Part shown: positions 1 through 11,155 of the stretch, piece after piece | Layout: each line of letters begins with the position of its first letter | Numbering within the stretch: position 1 is the first letter of the stretch | Assembly: GCA_002269645.1 (NCBI GenBank) | Contig: NIVC01002426.1 | Coordinates: 124,001 to 188,000 of the forward strand | Source of the DNA: Macrostomum lignano | Lineage: Eukaryota | Length of the DNA stretch: 64,000 nt | Direction: 5' to 3' | Program-made: the position numbers and the translations under genes | The notes under the pieces: generated by a model | The model's input: only the letters and a program-made list of their open reading frames with translations | What the model was told of the DNA's origin: nothing | Databases searched by the model: none

Positions 1-100
1 TAGCGCTAGGCTGATTGGCGATTTTCTCAGCGACGAATTTGTGAATGTCCCATTCCCATGTCGCTGAGTGATTCTCATTTCATTTGAGTGAACGCCATTT

Positions 101-482
101 CATCGTGAATAAACGCACGAGGATAACCATTTTGTTGAAACATTTTGGTTAGAAAATTCACTTCTTGGTCAAAGTTAGTCCAGGTGTTGCAGACACTGAA
201 AGCTCTGTGTAGCAGACATCTAATCAGGCCAGATTTCCACTGTCTTGGACATAAAGCAATGAAGTTGAGAATGTGATTGGTAAACGTGCTTTTCCGAAAA
301 ACTTTGGTGGAGAGGGTTCCGCAGTTAAAATCAATGTCGAGGTCAAGGAACGGGAGCCTCTGCTGGTCGGAAGCAACCTCAGAAGTGAACTTGATGTTTG
401 TGTGTGTAGAGTTGAGAGCGTCGAAGAAACGGTCAATTTTGTTCTTGTTATCGAAGATGGCGAAGGTATCGTCGACGATACC
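101..482 (-). mobile_element. Penelope-like retroelement RT fragment (C-terminal RT/thumb region), truncated
   Basis: Translation VDDTFAIFD...LNSTHTNIKFTSEV...RLPFLDL...TKVFRKSTFT...WKSGLIRCLLHRAFSVC...NGYPRAFI matches the PLE RT pattern (YVDD..., LPFLD, YRKxT, NGYP). The same 20-bp satellite lies on both sides. Confidence 0.85.
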
Positions 483-485
483 ATC

Positions 486-667
486 GAATAGAATATTCGA
501 TATTCTATTCGGGACCTTCGCCATCTTCGAATAGAATATTCGATATTCTATTCGGGACCTTCGCCATCTTCGAATAGAATATTCGATATTCTATTCGGGA
601 CCTTCGCCATCTTCGAATAGAATATTCGATATTCTATTCGGGACCTTCGCCATCTTCGATAACAAGA
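486..667. repeat. 43-bp tandem repeat (about 4 copies) with an internal hairpin, at the PLE breakpoint
   Basis: Unit cgaatagaatattcgatattctattcgggaccttcgccatctt. cgaatagaata/tattctattcg is an 11-bp inverted repeat. The unit end is the reverse complement of adjacent PLE sequence. Confidence 0.9.
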
Positions 668-1190
668 TTTCATTTGAGTGATTGCCACATTTCATTTGAG
701 TGATTCCCATTTCATTTGAGTGATTGCCATTTCATTTGAGTGATCGCCATTTCATTTGAGTGATCGCCATCTCATTTGAGGGATTCCCATTTCATTTGAG
801 TGATTGCCATTTCATTTGAGGGATTGCCATTTCATTTGAGTGATTGCCATTTCATTTGAGTGATTGCCATTTCATTTGAGTGATTGCCATTTCATTTGAG
901 TGATTGCCACATTTCATTTGAATGATTGCCATTTCATTTGAGTGATTGCCATCTCATTTGAGTGATTGCCATTTCATTTGAGTGATCGCCATTTCATTTG
1001 AGTGATTGCCATTTCATTTGAGTGATTGCCATTTCATTTGAGTGATTGCCATCTCATTTGAGTGATCGCCATCTCATTTGAGTGATCGCCATTTCATTTG
1101 AGTGATCGCCATTTCATTTGAGGGACTGCCATTTCATTTGAGTGATTCCCATTTCATTTGAGGGATTGCCATTTCATTTTAGAGACTGCT
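668..1190. repeat. 20-bp minisatellite (catttcatttgagtgattgc)n
   Basis: Direct reading. Two more degenerate units lie at about 66-104. Confidence 0.95.
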
Positions 1191-1759
1191 GTTTTATTTG
1201 TGAAGCTTAAGAAGTTAAGGTCACTTAGATATCAGGCTTGCTGTGTAGAATACACTTTAAAAGGTTTCAATTTAATAGCACTTGACCATGCAATTAAGCG
1301 CTCAGTGGGAGACTGTACTAACTAGCCACTTCATATATTGAAGCAAACTTCACTCGTAATTATTCTGTAACGATTTTTCCACCCTGGACTGTGCCTCTGA
1401 TTGGGACAATACACCATGTGCAACTATTAAACTAAAGTAGTTGGTCAATACACTATAATGTAATATTTACAGTAGTTAGTTTATTGCGTAGCTGTACTCC
1501 TAAATAAAATAAAATTTATAAGCAACTCCTTAGTACCCTCGAATACTGTTGCAGACTTGCAGTCCATATTGTGAAGTGTATTTCTTTTCAAATATGTAGG
1601 TTGGGGAAATAGTCTCTCGCACAGACTTCTGAAAGTTATTTTTTTAGAGACATCGCTGCATCAATATGGTGGCGATTGCATAGAGAGAGGAATGTAGGCA
1701 GAGGATGACAGGCAATTAAAAGTGTAGGCGACGAAACAAGGATTTCTTGGAGCGCCACG

Positions 1760-2285
1760 GTAAGTATCAACTTGTCAAGGACGTCGCATTGAGTATCAAC
1801 TTGCGCATCAAGGATGTCAGATTGAGTATCAACTTACCAAGAAGGTCACATTGATTATCAGCTTATTAAGGACGTCACATTGAGTATCAAACCATCAAGG
1901 ACGTCACGTTGTATATCAAACCATCAAGGAAGTCACGTTGAATATCAAACCATCAAGGACGTCACGTTGTATATCAAACCATCAAGGACGTCACGTTGTA
2001 TATCAAACCATCAAGGAAGTCACGTTGAATATCAAACCATCAAGGAAGTCACGTTGAGTATCAAACCATCAAGGAAGTCACATTGAGAATCAAACCATCA
2101 AGGAAGTCACATTGAGAATCAAACCATCATGGACGTCACATTGAGTAGCAATCAAACCATCAAGGACGTCGCATTGTGTATCAACTTATCAAAGACGTCT
2201 CATTGAGTATCAGCAATTATCAAAAACGTCACCTTGAGTTATCAGTCTATCAAAGACGTCACATTGAGTATCAACTTATCAAACG
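1760..2285. repeat. ~30-bp minisatellite (tatcaaaccatcaaggacgtcacattgag-like)
   Basis: Direct reading; degenerate at both ends. Confidence 0.9.
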
Positions 2286-2485
2286 GAAGTCAAAACTAAG
2301 TGGGCTCAATAGCTACTATACTACAGCTACTACTACCACATCTACGGTGACACGGGGAGTGTTGTCAACAACAGTTCATGCACTGTAAACTGGTCATGCT
2401 GCAACCTTTAAAACCCGGGAATCTGTGAGAATGCCTTAGTTGTCGGCCATATGAATCTGGCCATCAATATAAGCGATCAGTCGCT

Positions 2486-3148
2486 TCACCGGTTGCTCTG
2501 ATGCAGCCAGATGGACTCATCGCCGCACTCAAATTCGCAGCCGTCGGTACCGCTGCTGCTGTCGTCATTCTTGGCGTCGTCATCCAATCGCCGTTGCAAC
2601 TCCGGCAGGCTGCGACATCTCTTACGACTACCAGCCGACGTCAGCGGCACCTGCTGTTTCTGTTGGTGTCGCCTGGACCTGCCGCTGCGCTGCTTTCTCG
2701 AATGGCAGCTGCAGTTGCAGCAGCGGCGCTGGGTGACAACTAGCTGCCGGTTGTTCATCTCCAACAACAGCTGCTGCTGCGAAGCTGCTCGCTCACCGTC
2801 GTCGATGGCTGTTGGCGGCGGCGCCGCCGGTCCTGGGTCTCCGCCTGTTGCCCGACGGTCGCGCAGTTGCAGTTGTCCCCGATGCTGACACGTCGCTGCC
2901 TGCAGGTGCAGCGGCATCCCCATCTGGCGTCGCCTCTCAGCATAGTCGACAAACTCGCCGTCGGCGGACACGCAGCCGCAGAAGGCGGCGGCCCGTCTGA
3001 GCAGCTGCCACAGCCGGAGAAAGTTGCTGCGCCTGAGCAGAATGTACAGCCACGGGTCTAGGATCTGGTTGATGGAGGCCAGGTGCACGGCTGAGAGGTC
3101 GCGGCGGCAGTCGGATCCGTTGAATAGCGAGTTGATCAGGACTCGGAG
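2486..3148 (-). CDS. PTGER4-like: Prostanoid (EP4-like) GPCR, coding exon 2 (end of TM6, TM7, long C-tail)
   Basis: Acceptor caacAG|CTC at 3149-3150, phase 0. LRVLINSL...DLSAVHLASINQILDPWLYILLRR matches prostanoid receptor TM7 (DPWIYILLR). Stop at 2486-2488. Confidence 0.9.
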   Translation of the reverse strand, partial: LRVLINSLFNGSDCRRDLSAVHLASINQILDPWLYILLRRSNFLRLWQLLRRAAAFCGCVSADGEFVDYAERRRQMGMPLHLQAATCQHRGQLQLRDRRATGGDPGPAAPPPTAIDDGERAASQQQLLLEMNNRQLVVTQRRCCNCSCHSRKQRSGRSRRHQQKQQVPLTSAGSRKRCRSLPELQRRLDDDAKNDDSSSGTDGCEFECGDESIWLHQSNR

Positions 3149-3164
3149 CTGTTGATTGGGTGCG

Positions 3165-3980
3165 ATCTGGTGTGTGAGCACCCTTGACTCATTTCTGTTG
3201 TGTGAGCACCCTGACTCATTTCTGGTGTGTGAGCACCCTGACTCATTTCTGGTGTGTGAGCACTCTGACTCATTTCTGGTGTGTGAGCACTCTGACTCAT
3301 TTCTGGTGTGTGAGCACTCTGACTCATTTCTGGTGTGTGAGCACCCTTGACTCATTTCTGTTGTGTGAGCACCCTGACTCATTTCTGGTGTGTGAGCACC
3401 CTGACTCATTTCTGGTGTGTGAGCACTCTGACTCATTTCTGGTGTGTGAGCACTCTGACTCATTTCTGGTGTGTGAGCACCCTTGACTCATTTCTGTTGT
3501 GTGAGCACCCTGAATCATTTCTGGCGTGTGAGCACCCTGACTCATTTCTGGTGTGTGAGCACCCTGACTCATTTCTGGTGTGTGAGCACCCTGACCCATT
3601 TCTGGTGTGTGAGCACCCTGACTCATTTCTGGTATGTGAACACCCTTGACTCATTTCTGTTGTGTGAGCACCCTGAATCATTTCTGGCGTGTGAGCACCC
3701 TGACTCATTTCTGGTGTGTGAGCACCCTGACTCATTTCTGTTGTGTGAGCACCCTGACTCATTTCTGGTGTGTGAGCACCCTGACTCATTTCTGGTGTGT
3801 GAGCACCCTTGACTCATTTCTGGTGTGTGAGCACCCTTGACTCATTTCTGTTGTGTGAACACCCTGACTCATTTCTGGTGTGTGAACAACCTGACTCATT
3901 TCTGGTGTGTGAGCACCCTGACTCATTTCTGGTGTGTGAGCACCCTGACTCATTTCTGGTGTGTGAGCACCCTGACTCAT
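3165..3980. repeat. 27-bp intronic minisatellite (gtgtgagcaccctgactcatttctggt)n, about 30 copies
   Basis: Direct reading. It explains the many overlapping 9-aa-periodic ORFs. It ends about 15 nt from the 3' splice site. Confidence 0.95.
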
Positions 3981-5064
3981 GTACACTTCACTGTGCCTTG
4001 GGGGTTGGCCCTCAAGGCCGTTAATTGCACGAGCAGAGCCAATCCGAGATTCCAATTTAGCCTCAAATTAATGTGGCTGCACAATTGGAATCGAGCCTGG
4101 GCCGCTGGCACATCAGAGCGCCGCACTAAACTACTGGGCCTTCCTGACTCAGGACTCCTGTCACCAATTGCACTGTTTCAATATGGTTGCTAAAAATATT
4201 TTTGGCATTGCAGAATTTGCACTCTGCGCACTCTAGCCTAGCAGCCGGACTTACTGTAATACGCAAAAACAGTTTAAAATGTACATCCATGCAGCTGGTA
4301 CGCCTTGCTCGCATTTTGAGCAAGCGCCATGCAGGCGCAATATGAGAAATTTTTGCCATATGTTATATTATCATATTAGCTATTCACATGGGACAACCCA
4401 GAGCTGTCAATCCAATTTGTTCCCCAACAATTTCTTGAGCAGCTGTCTGGCTGGACCTGTGGACTCAACACCTCAACCGGCATCTCTGAGGCCAGCCAGC
4501 ACGTGCGTTGTTGATGATTGTAGGGAAATTTCTCCCTGACGCCTAATAGTAAAGTCCCTTTCGCTCCATCATCTGGGAGGGAGAGAAGGCTTAGTTGCAT
4601 ATTGTAGCAAATTGCTGTGAAAACCGCTTTGGAGCTTCAAGGACTACTAAACAAACTATGCATCTGGACTGGCCGGTTTCATGTCGAATCCTCACCTTCG
4701 GTTGTTATTGCTGGTATTGATTGGAAATAAAATCGCATTTCTCATTTTAACATTTTTTGACTCGCCAATTAAAACAAGTTTGTGGCAATTTCAATCCAAA
4801 TGCTACGTTTTAGAAGTCCCTGCCCTCTCCCTAAAGGGCCTCGAACTGCAGCAAAAGTCGGTGAAGCGTCGAAATTAAGTTTTTCGTTTAATCTGGGACA
4901 GTTTAATATGCAGACCAAAGAGAGTGAGAGCAGTGGCTGATTGAGAGCAAGTGCTGGCATTCTGTGACTGTTAGAGTGCATATTTCAGGTCCCACCTCTC
5001 GTTTGCCATTTATTTACTTCTACACTTTATCCTGCAATGTACTTTTATCCTATTCAATCTAATT

Positions 5065-5732
5065 CTATCCGACTCTATCCCTAACTATATCCAATTCTAT
5101 CCAACTCTATCTAACTATATCCAATTCTATCCAATTCTATCCAATTCTATCCAACTCTATCCAACTCTATCCAACTCTATCCAATTCTATCCAGCTCTAT
5201 CCAATTCTATCCAATTCTATCCAACTCTATCCAATTATATCCAATTCTATCCAATTCTATCCAATTCTATCCAATTCTATCCAATTCTATCCAATTCTAT
5301 CCAATTCTATCCAATTCTATCCAACTCTATCCAATTCTATCCAATTCTATCCAATTCTATCCAATTCTATCCAACTCTATCCAATTCTATCCAATTCTAT
5401 CCAACTCTATCCAATTCTATCCAATTCTATCCAATTCTATCCAATTCTATCCAACTCTATCCAATTCTATCCAATTCTATCCAATTCTATCCAATTCTAT
5501 CCAACTCTATCCAATTCTATACAATTCTATCCAACTCTATCCAATTCTATCCAATTCTATCCAATTCTATCCAATTCTATCCAATTCTATCCAATTCTAT
5601 CCAACTCTATCCAATTCTATACATTTCTATCCAACTCTATCCAATTCTAGCCAACTCTATCCAATTCTATCCAATTCTATCCAATTCTATCCAATTCTAT
5701 CCAACTCTATCCAATTCTATCCAACTCTATCC
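5065..5732. repeat. 10-bp minisatellite (ctatccaatt)n
   Basis: Direct reading. Confidence 0.95.
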
Positions 5733-6535
5733 ACTTGTACCCACCCCATGCCAGCTCACTCGCAGTCAGTGTGCACAATAAACAATTTTATCCAAGCCCC
5801 GCCATAAAAGCTGCCCGCAGACGCGCACAGCAGGTGCAGCCTCCGCCCCGCCATCTGTCTTATCTGTTTGGCCACTCGAAAAATTCCAAAACGCAGTTTC
5901 CTTCCGGCCTGTCTGCGTCGCCATCTTCTCATTTACTATATAAAATCAGCTGGCATCGGCTTGTTTGAAAGGATCTCGTGTTGCACTTTAGATATGTTAT
6001 ATAAGTTTGTTGATGTGCTCACACAATGCTCAGCCAGGGCTACTTCCTGGTTCCACAGATTTTATAGAACAGTCCACACAGTTCACGGTTGGGTGCACTT
6101 GCATATTTGGGAGCTTTGAGGCTGTCTCAGCTTTGAAAATAACCCTTCCTCTAAATTTTGGGATTTGATGTGGATACGATACAAGCGGAAGACGAGGCGC
6201 ATTTCCAGTTTCATCCCCAGCTTCATCCCAGTTATTGTTTGCGTCCAGCATCCTGCATATTTAAAAGTAATTTGAAACACTGGGGCTTAGCGTAGATAGC
6301 GAAGAATCGATTTCTTGTTTCTAATACTTTTTAGGTTTCTCAATCATTTCATGGCAAGCTGAGAGCAGAGTAAGGGACATTATAGGGACTTGATGTAAAT
6401 TGTTAGAAGACTGAAAGAAACTTCAAGTTAAAAATGTGGGACTAAAAATTTGTATTTTTTTCCATTAGCTGATTGCAAATTGGTTGCATGCAGGTAAGAA
6501 TATAAGTGCTATCGTATCAGTAAGCTGGGGTAAGC

Positions 6536-6705
6536 GCCAATCTAAACTAGATGAGCAGCCAATCTAAACTAGATGAGCAGCCAATCTAAACTAGATGAGC
6601 AACCAATCTAAACTAGATGAGCAGCCAATCTAAACTAGATGAGCAGCCAATCTAAACTAGATGAGCAGCCAATGTAAACTAGATGAGCAGCCAATATAAA
6701 CTAGA
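6536..6705. repeat. 22-bp tandem repeat (ccaatctaaactagatgagcag)n next to the 5' splice site
   Basis: Direct reading, about 7 copies. Confidence 0.9.
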
Positions 6706-6743
6706 CCAGCAACAACTCTTATCCCTTAAAAACCAGTCCTCAC

Positions 6744-7697
6744 CATCAGTGGAGTCCAGCACAGACCGAAGGATGCCGTGATGGCAATCAGCAGCACCAC
6801 CAGCTGCACCTCCATGTATCGCATGTGCTTCGGCTGTCGACTGGCTCCCGGTGCCGCCGCCGCCACTGCCGACCCCGTCCCGGCTGGCTTGACGCCTCCG
6901 ACGGCGGCTGCTGTCGATCGTTCGACATTGGCCGACGCGTCAGTGGCAGCCTGACTGAGCGACTTCCTGGTTCGGCGCACCGTCAGAAGGCATCGGATGA
7001 CCCACAGGTTGCAGGCGACAATCATGGCGACAGCCAGGAGGTCCCACAGTGCCAGCACAGCGGCGAATACCCGGTGTCGAAGGCTGGCGGCCTCTCCGCG
7101 CGAGTCCAAGAAGCACCAGGTGCCGGGGTACTGCAGCCGGTAGACTCCGATCAGGCCCGTCAGCGGCAGCGAGGCCACGACGAGAACCGCCGCCAGACCG
7201 CCCAGCATCCCTAGAGCTGTCCGTCTCTGCTTGTGCTGCATCACCGAGTAGCTCTGCCACCTGGTCAGGCACAGCAGGCGCTCAGCCGACATGCACAGCA
7301 CCAGCAGCGGCTCGCCCAGCCAGACTGCCGTCATCACCACAGCGTGCGCCTGGCAGGCCGTCCGACCGCCAATCCAAGCCAGACGAAGTCGTTTCGACGT
7401 CTCGTTGAAGACGCCCATGCCGTACACCAGCAGAGGCGCGCTGCTGGCCAACAGCTGGGCCAGCAAGTCGTTGAGTATGAGTCCGGTGAGCAGGGTGTAG
7501 AACAGGGTTCGACTCTTGCTCGGCCTGCGCTTCTGCAGGACGGCAAGGGCGGCCAGGTTACCCGTGACGCCAATCAGGAAGAGGGTCAGCGTGGGCGTCA
7601 TGTTCACCCCGGTCTCGCTGGGAATCTCACAGGACGAAGCGGCTGGGTCGCTGGCGTTCATGCGGCCGCAGCAGCTCGATGAGGTCGTCGTGTTCAT
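6744..7697 (-). CDS. PTGER4-like: Prostanoid (EP4-like) GPCR, coding exon 1 (TM1-TM6)
   Basis: Class A motifs GNLAAL and MSAERLL, the prostanoid ECL2 hallmark QYPGTWCF, and TM6 CWTPLM. Donor ATG|GTGAGG at 6743, phase 0. Spliced product 538 aa. Confidence 0.9.
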
Positions 7698-8367
7698 CCT
7701 GTGTGAGCTGCACTGCAGAACACTGCTGAATGCTCCTGCGAAACAAATGGTTGATATACATGCGTTTTAATATGATTGTTGAGTGCTTTACGAGTATCAT
7801 CTATATTGGGGAGCGCGTGAACGAGTATTCACCTGTGGAGCTTGTAGTAGGAGGGGGTGGGGGTCTGATGTGCCAGCGGCCCAGGCTCGATTCCAAGTGC
7901 AGTCCCATTAGTTTTTTTTAGGGGGGGGGGCTAAATTTGAATCTCGGCTTAGGTCTGCCTTGCCCAAGGCACAGTGAAGTGTACATGCATTGTGCGACAA
8001 TATCGCTTAAAGTGCACCGGGGTGCACACAGCCCCTGACTCTAATGGCTCTATCAAGTCCTGCTGTGCGCCCTTCGTACTGCGTGCGCCCTGCGGTCTGC
8101 GTGTTCACTGCCAAATTTTCATTCTGTTTCTCTGGCCTAGAATAGCAAAGCAAGCGCATTTTTCAAATAGTCTATGGCCAAAACTATCGCCTCGAGTTTT
8201 CGTTCAATTCAGACAACACTATTAGCTCGTAGATATCTGTGCAACTCTCTGGTTTCTGTTAGGGAATTGCTTGCTTTTGTTAATTAAATAAGTCCACTAA
8301 TTCCATGTGATTATAGGGGAGAGTTGCGCACTTCTTAGACTCCAGTACTCTGTTTAGCTTATCAACC

Positions 8368-9234
8368 ATGGACAGTCCGGAACGCCTGGACCTCAGCCTG
8401 CACTCCTTCGCGGATCTGGATCATCGCGTCTGGCACTTTAACATCGCTTTCATTGGGAGCAGTCGAGCTGGCAAAACCAAACTGCTGCAGAGATTCGTTG
8501 ACAGCCAGTACAGCGACATCTACAGCCGCACCAGCGAAATCTCCTTTGTGTCCAAGTCTGTCAGCCTGGGCCAGAACCATGTGGTATTCCAGTGCTGGGA
8601 CACGCCGGGCTCCGCCCCCAGTGCCAGCTGCCTGGACAGCCGCCTCGCCCAGCTCCACGCCGTGTTCATCGTATTCGACGGGTCACGTGACGCCATCGCC
8701 GACCTGGAGCACTGGCACCATCTGGCTTTGAAGTCGCCGTCTAGCAGTTCAGCTTCGACACCGCCTCTGCTGGTTCTTGTGGCGAATAAAACCGATTTAG
8801 GCTGCCATCAGGCCACCATGACTCGAGCTCGGGACCTCTGCCGAGCGGCCAACGGTGTCATGTTCAGCTTGAGCGTCTTAGCCGACGAGGAGAACCTCGA
8901 AGTTGACGCGATGATGCTAGAAGTCGGCAAGGTGCTCACCGAACGCTGCGTCAAGTCGGCACCTCCGGCGCCCGCGGCGGCTCCAAGTCCGCAGCCGGTG
9001 CAGCAGACGAGCGCGCTGACCTCGTCCGGCACTCCGCAGTCGAATTCGCCGCATTCTAAGAAATCGTCGGCCTCGTCGACGCAGCAACAGCAGAACTTCG
9101 TTGACAAAGCTCAGGGCGACGGCGTGGACAAGCCCGCAGAAGACGGCGATGCCAGCAGCAAGACCGTCAAGGACCACGGCGAAGAGAAAACCGACTGGTG
9201 GTCGCGTCTGTGCTGCTGCCGACTGTGCTGGTGA
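8368..9234 (+). CDS. Divergent Rab-like small GTPase, intronless, 288 aa
   Basis: G1 GSSRAGKT, G3 WDTPGS, G4 NKTD, beta strands IAFIG/AVFIVFD/LVLVANK. Hypervariable S/P/Q tail and a Cys-rich C-terminus CCCRLCW. Confidence 0.85.
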   Translation: MDSPERLDLSLHSFADLDHRVWHFNIAFIGSSRAGKTKLLQRFVDSQYSDIYSRTSEISFVSKSVSLGQNHVVFQCWDTPGSAPSASCLDSRLAQLHAVFIVFDGSRDAIADLEHWHHLALKSPSSSSASTPPLLVLVANKTDLGCHQATMTRARDLCRAANGVMFSLSVLADEENLEVDAMMLEVGKVLTERCVKSAPPAPAAAPSPQPVQQTSALTSSGTPQSNSPHSKKSSASSTQQQQNFVDKAQGDGVDKPAEDGDASSKTVKDHGEEKTDWWSRLCCCRLCW

Positions 9235-9423
9235 CGTCATCTTAGCATTGGGATCGCGTAATTGTCGTGCGCGCTTTCTCAACCCATTTTTACAATGGAT
9301 GACGTCAGCAATGACTAGATTGCGTAATCCTAACTGCTTGATTACGTAATCCTCCCACAAATCCGATCAGTGACGTCACTACCGCAGTTTATCTATACAT
9401 ATATGCACATACAAGTGACGTCA
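9232..9423. promoter_or_regulatory. Homotypic cluster of CRE/bZIP palindromes
   Basis: TGACGTCA at 9232, 9300, 9371 and 9416; TTACGTAA at 9342; TTGCGTAA at 9320. Confidence 0.6.
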
Positions 9424-10271
9424 TTCGCTGCGTGCGTGCCGTGTGACAAACCAATATTTATAACTTGCCAAGACGAAGTACTTTTATAAAAGTGCAAATG
9501 TGTTTTGTTAATGATAAAAATAATTCCTTACCTAAGAAAATTACTTTTTTACCCCCCCCCTTTCCCGAAGCCCCTTAAGCTATAAAAACTAGAACGATAA
9601 ATAATGCTAACTAATAAATAATATCTTACCACCAGTTATACAATAATAGAAGAGAATTCTTCCGCTAAAATCCCATTTCTGCACAAACGTATTAAGTTTT
9701 AAATAGTCTCGTTTTATATATTTTTTCTCTACCCTGGAAATGTTGTTTGGCATTATTATTACATTATTTATTGTTTGAAAGAGGTCGCCTGAAAAATGCT
9801 TATATATTTTGACTGGCTTGGATTTTTTGAAATATCAAAATAAAAATAGGATTCAAAGGCTAAAACCCAGCAATATTGATGAGATGTTAATGAGAAGTCT
9901 TGTTTACTAACCGACGAACTATGGAACAAATATAAATTGAACTTCATTTAATTTGACTGGAAAAAATGAAATACAAAATATTGTCTACGAGGCGTATTTG
10001 TTAAATTAATTTTTCCAAAATGTAAGGCAGCATGATCTAGCTAGCATATTACGAAATTTCCCATTTTTTATGTTTTTGGGTTTTGTGTGATTGACAGAAC
10101 AATTTATTTTGCTGGCTCTGCTTTTACCAGTAGCTAAGCAAGGCCAGATCTACCATTGACCGGAGATTAATTGTAAAACTAGACTAATAAAAGTAACTCC
10201 AGAGTACACCTGGAAATTTAAAACTTTCAGTGCAGGCATTTCACTTGAGTGCCTCGCACACTCTCTACAAT

Positions 10272-11155
10272 CTCATCTCTCTGTGATCTCTCTGTGATCT
10301 CTCTGTGATCTCTCTGTGATCTCTCTGTGATCTCTCTGTGATCTCTCTGTGATCTCTCTGTGATCTCTCTGTGATCTCTCTGTGATCTCTCTGTGATCTA
10401 TCTGTGATCTCTCTGTGATCTCTCTGTGATCTCTCTGTGATCTCTCTGTGATCTATCTGTGATCTCTCTGTGATCTCTCTGTGATCTCTCTGTGATCTCT
10501 CTGTGATCTCTCTGTGATCTCTCTGTGATCTCTCTGTGATCTATCTGTGATCTCAGTGTGATCTCTCTGTGATCTGTCTGTGATCTCTCTGTGATCTCTC
10601 TGTGATCTCTCTGTGATCTCTCTGTGATCTCTGTGTGATCTCTCTGTGATCTCTCTGTGATCTCTCTGTGATCTCTCTGTGGTCTCTCTGTGATCTCTCT
10701 GTGATCTCTCTGTGATCTGTCTGTGATCTCTCTGTTATCTCTCTGTGATCTCTCTGTGATCTCAGTGTGATCTCTCTGTGATCTCTCTGTGATCTCTCTG
10801 TGATCTCTCTGTGATCTATCTGTGATCTCAGTGTGATCTCTCTGTGATCTCTCTGTGATCTGTCTGTGATCTCTGTGTGATCTCTCTGTGATCTCTCTGT
10901 GATCTCTCTGTGATCTCTCTGTGATCTATCTGTGATCTCAGTGTGATCTCTCTGTGGTCTCTCTGTGATCTCTCTGTTATCTCTCTGTGATCTCTCTGTG
11001 ATCTCTCTGTGATCTCTCTGTGATCTCAGTGTGATCTCTCTGTGATCTCTCTGTGATCTCAGTGTGATCTCTCTGTGATCTCTGTGTGATCTCTCTGTGA
11101 TCTCTCTGTGATCTCTCTGTGATCTCTGTGATCTCTCTGTGATCTATCTGCGATC
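10272..11155. repeat. 11-bp minisatellite (ctgtgatctct)n
   Basis: Direct reading. Confidence 0.95.

Noticed and set aside
3149-3463. N-terminal repeat region of the 325-aa ORF 2486-3463
   Set aside because: It is intronic minisatellite read in frame; the real exon begins at the AG at 3149-3150.
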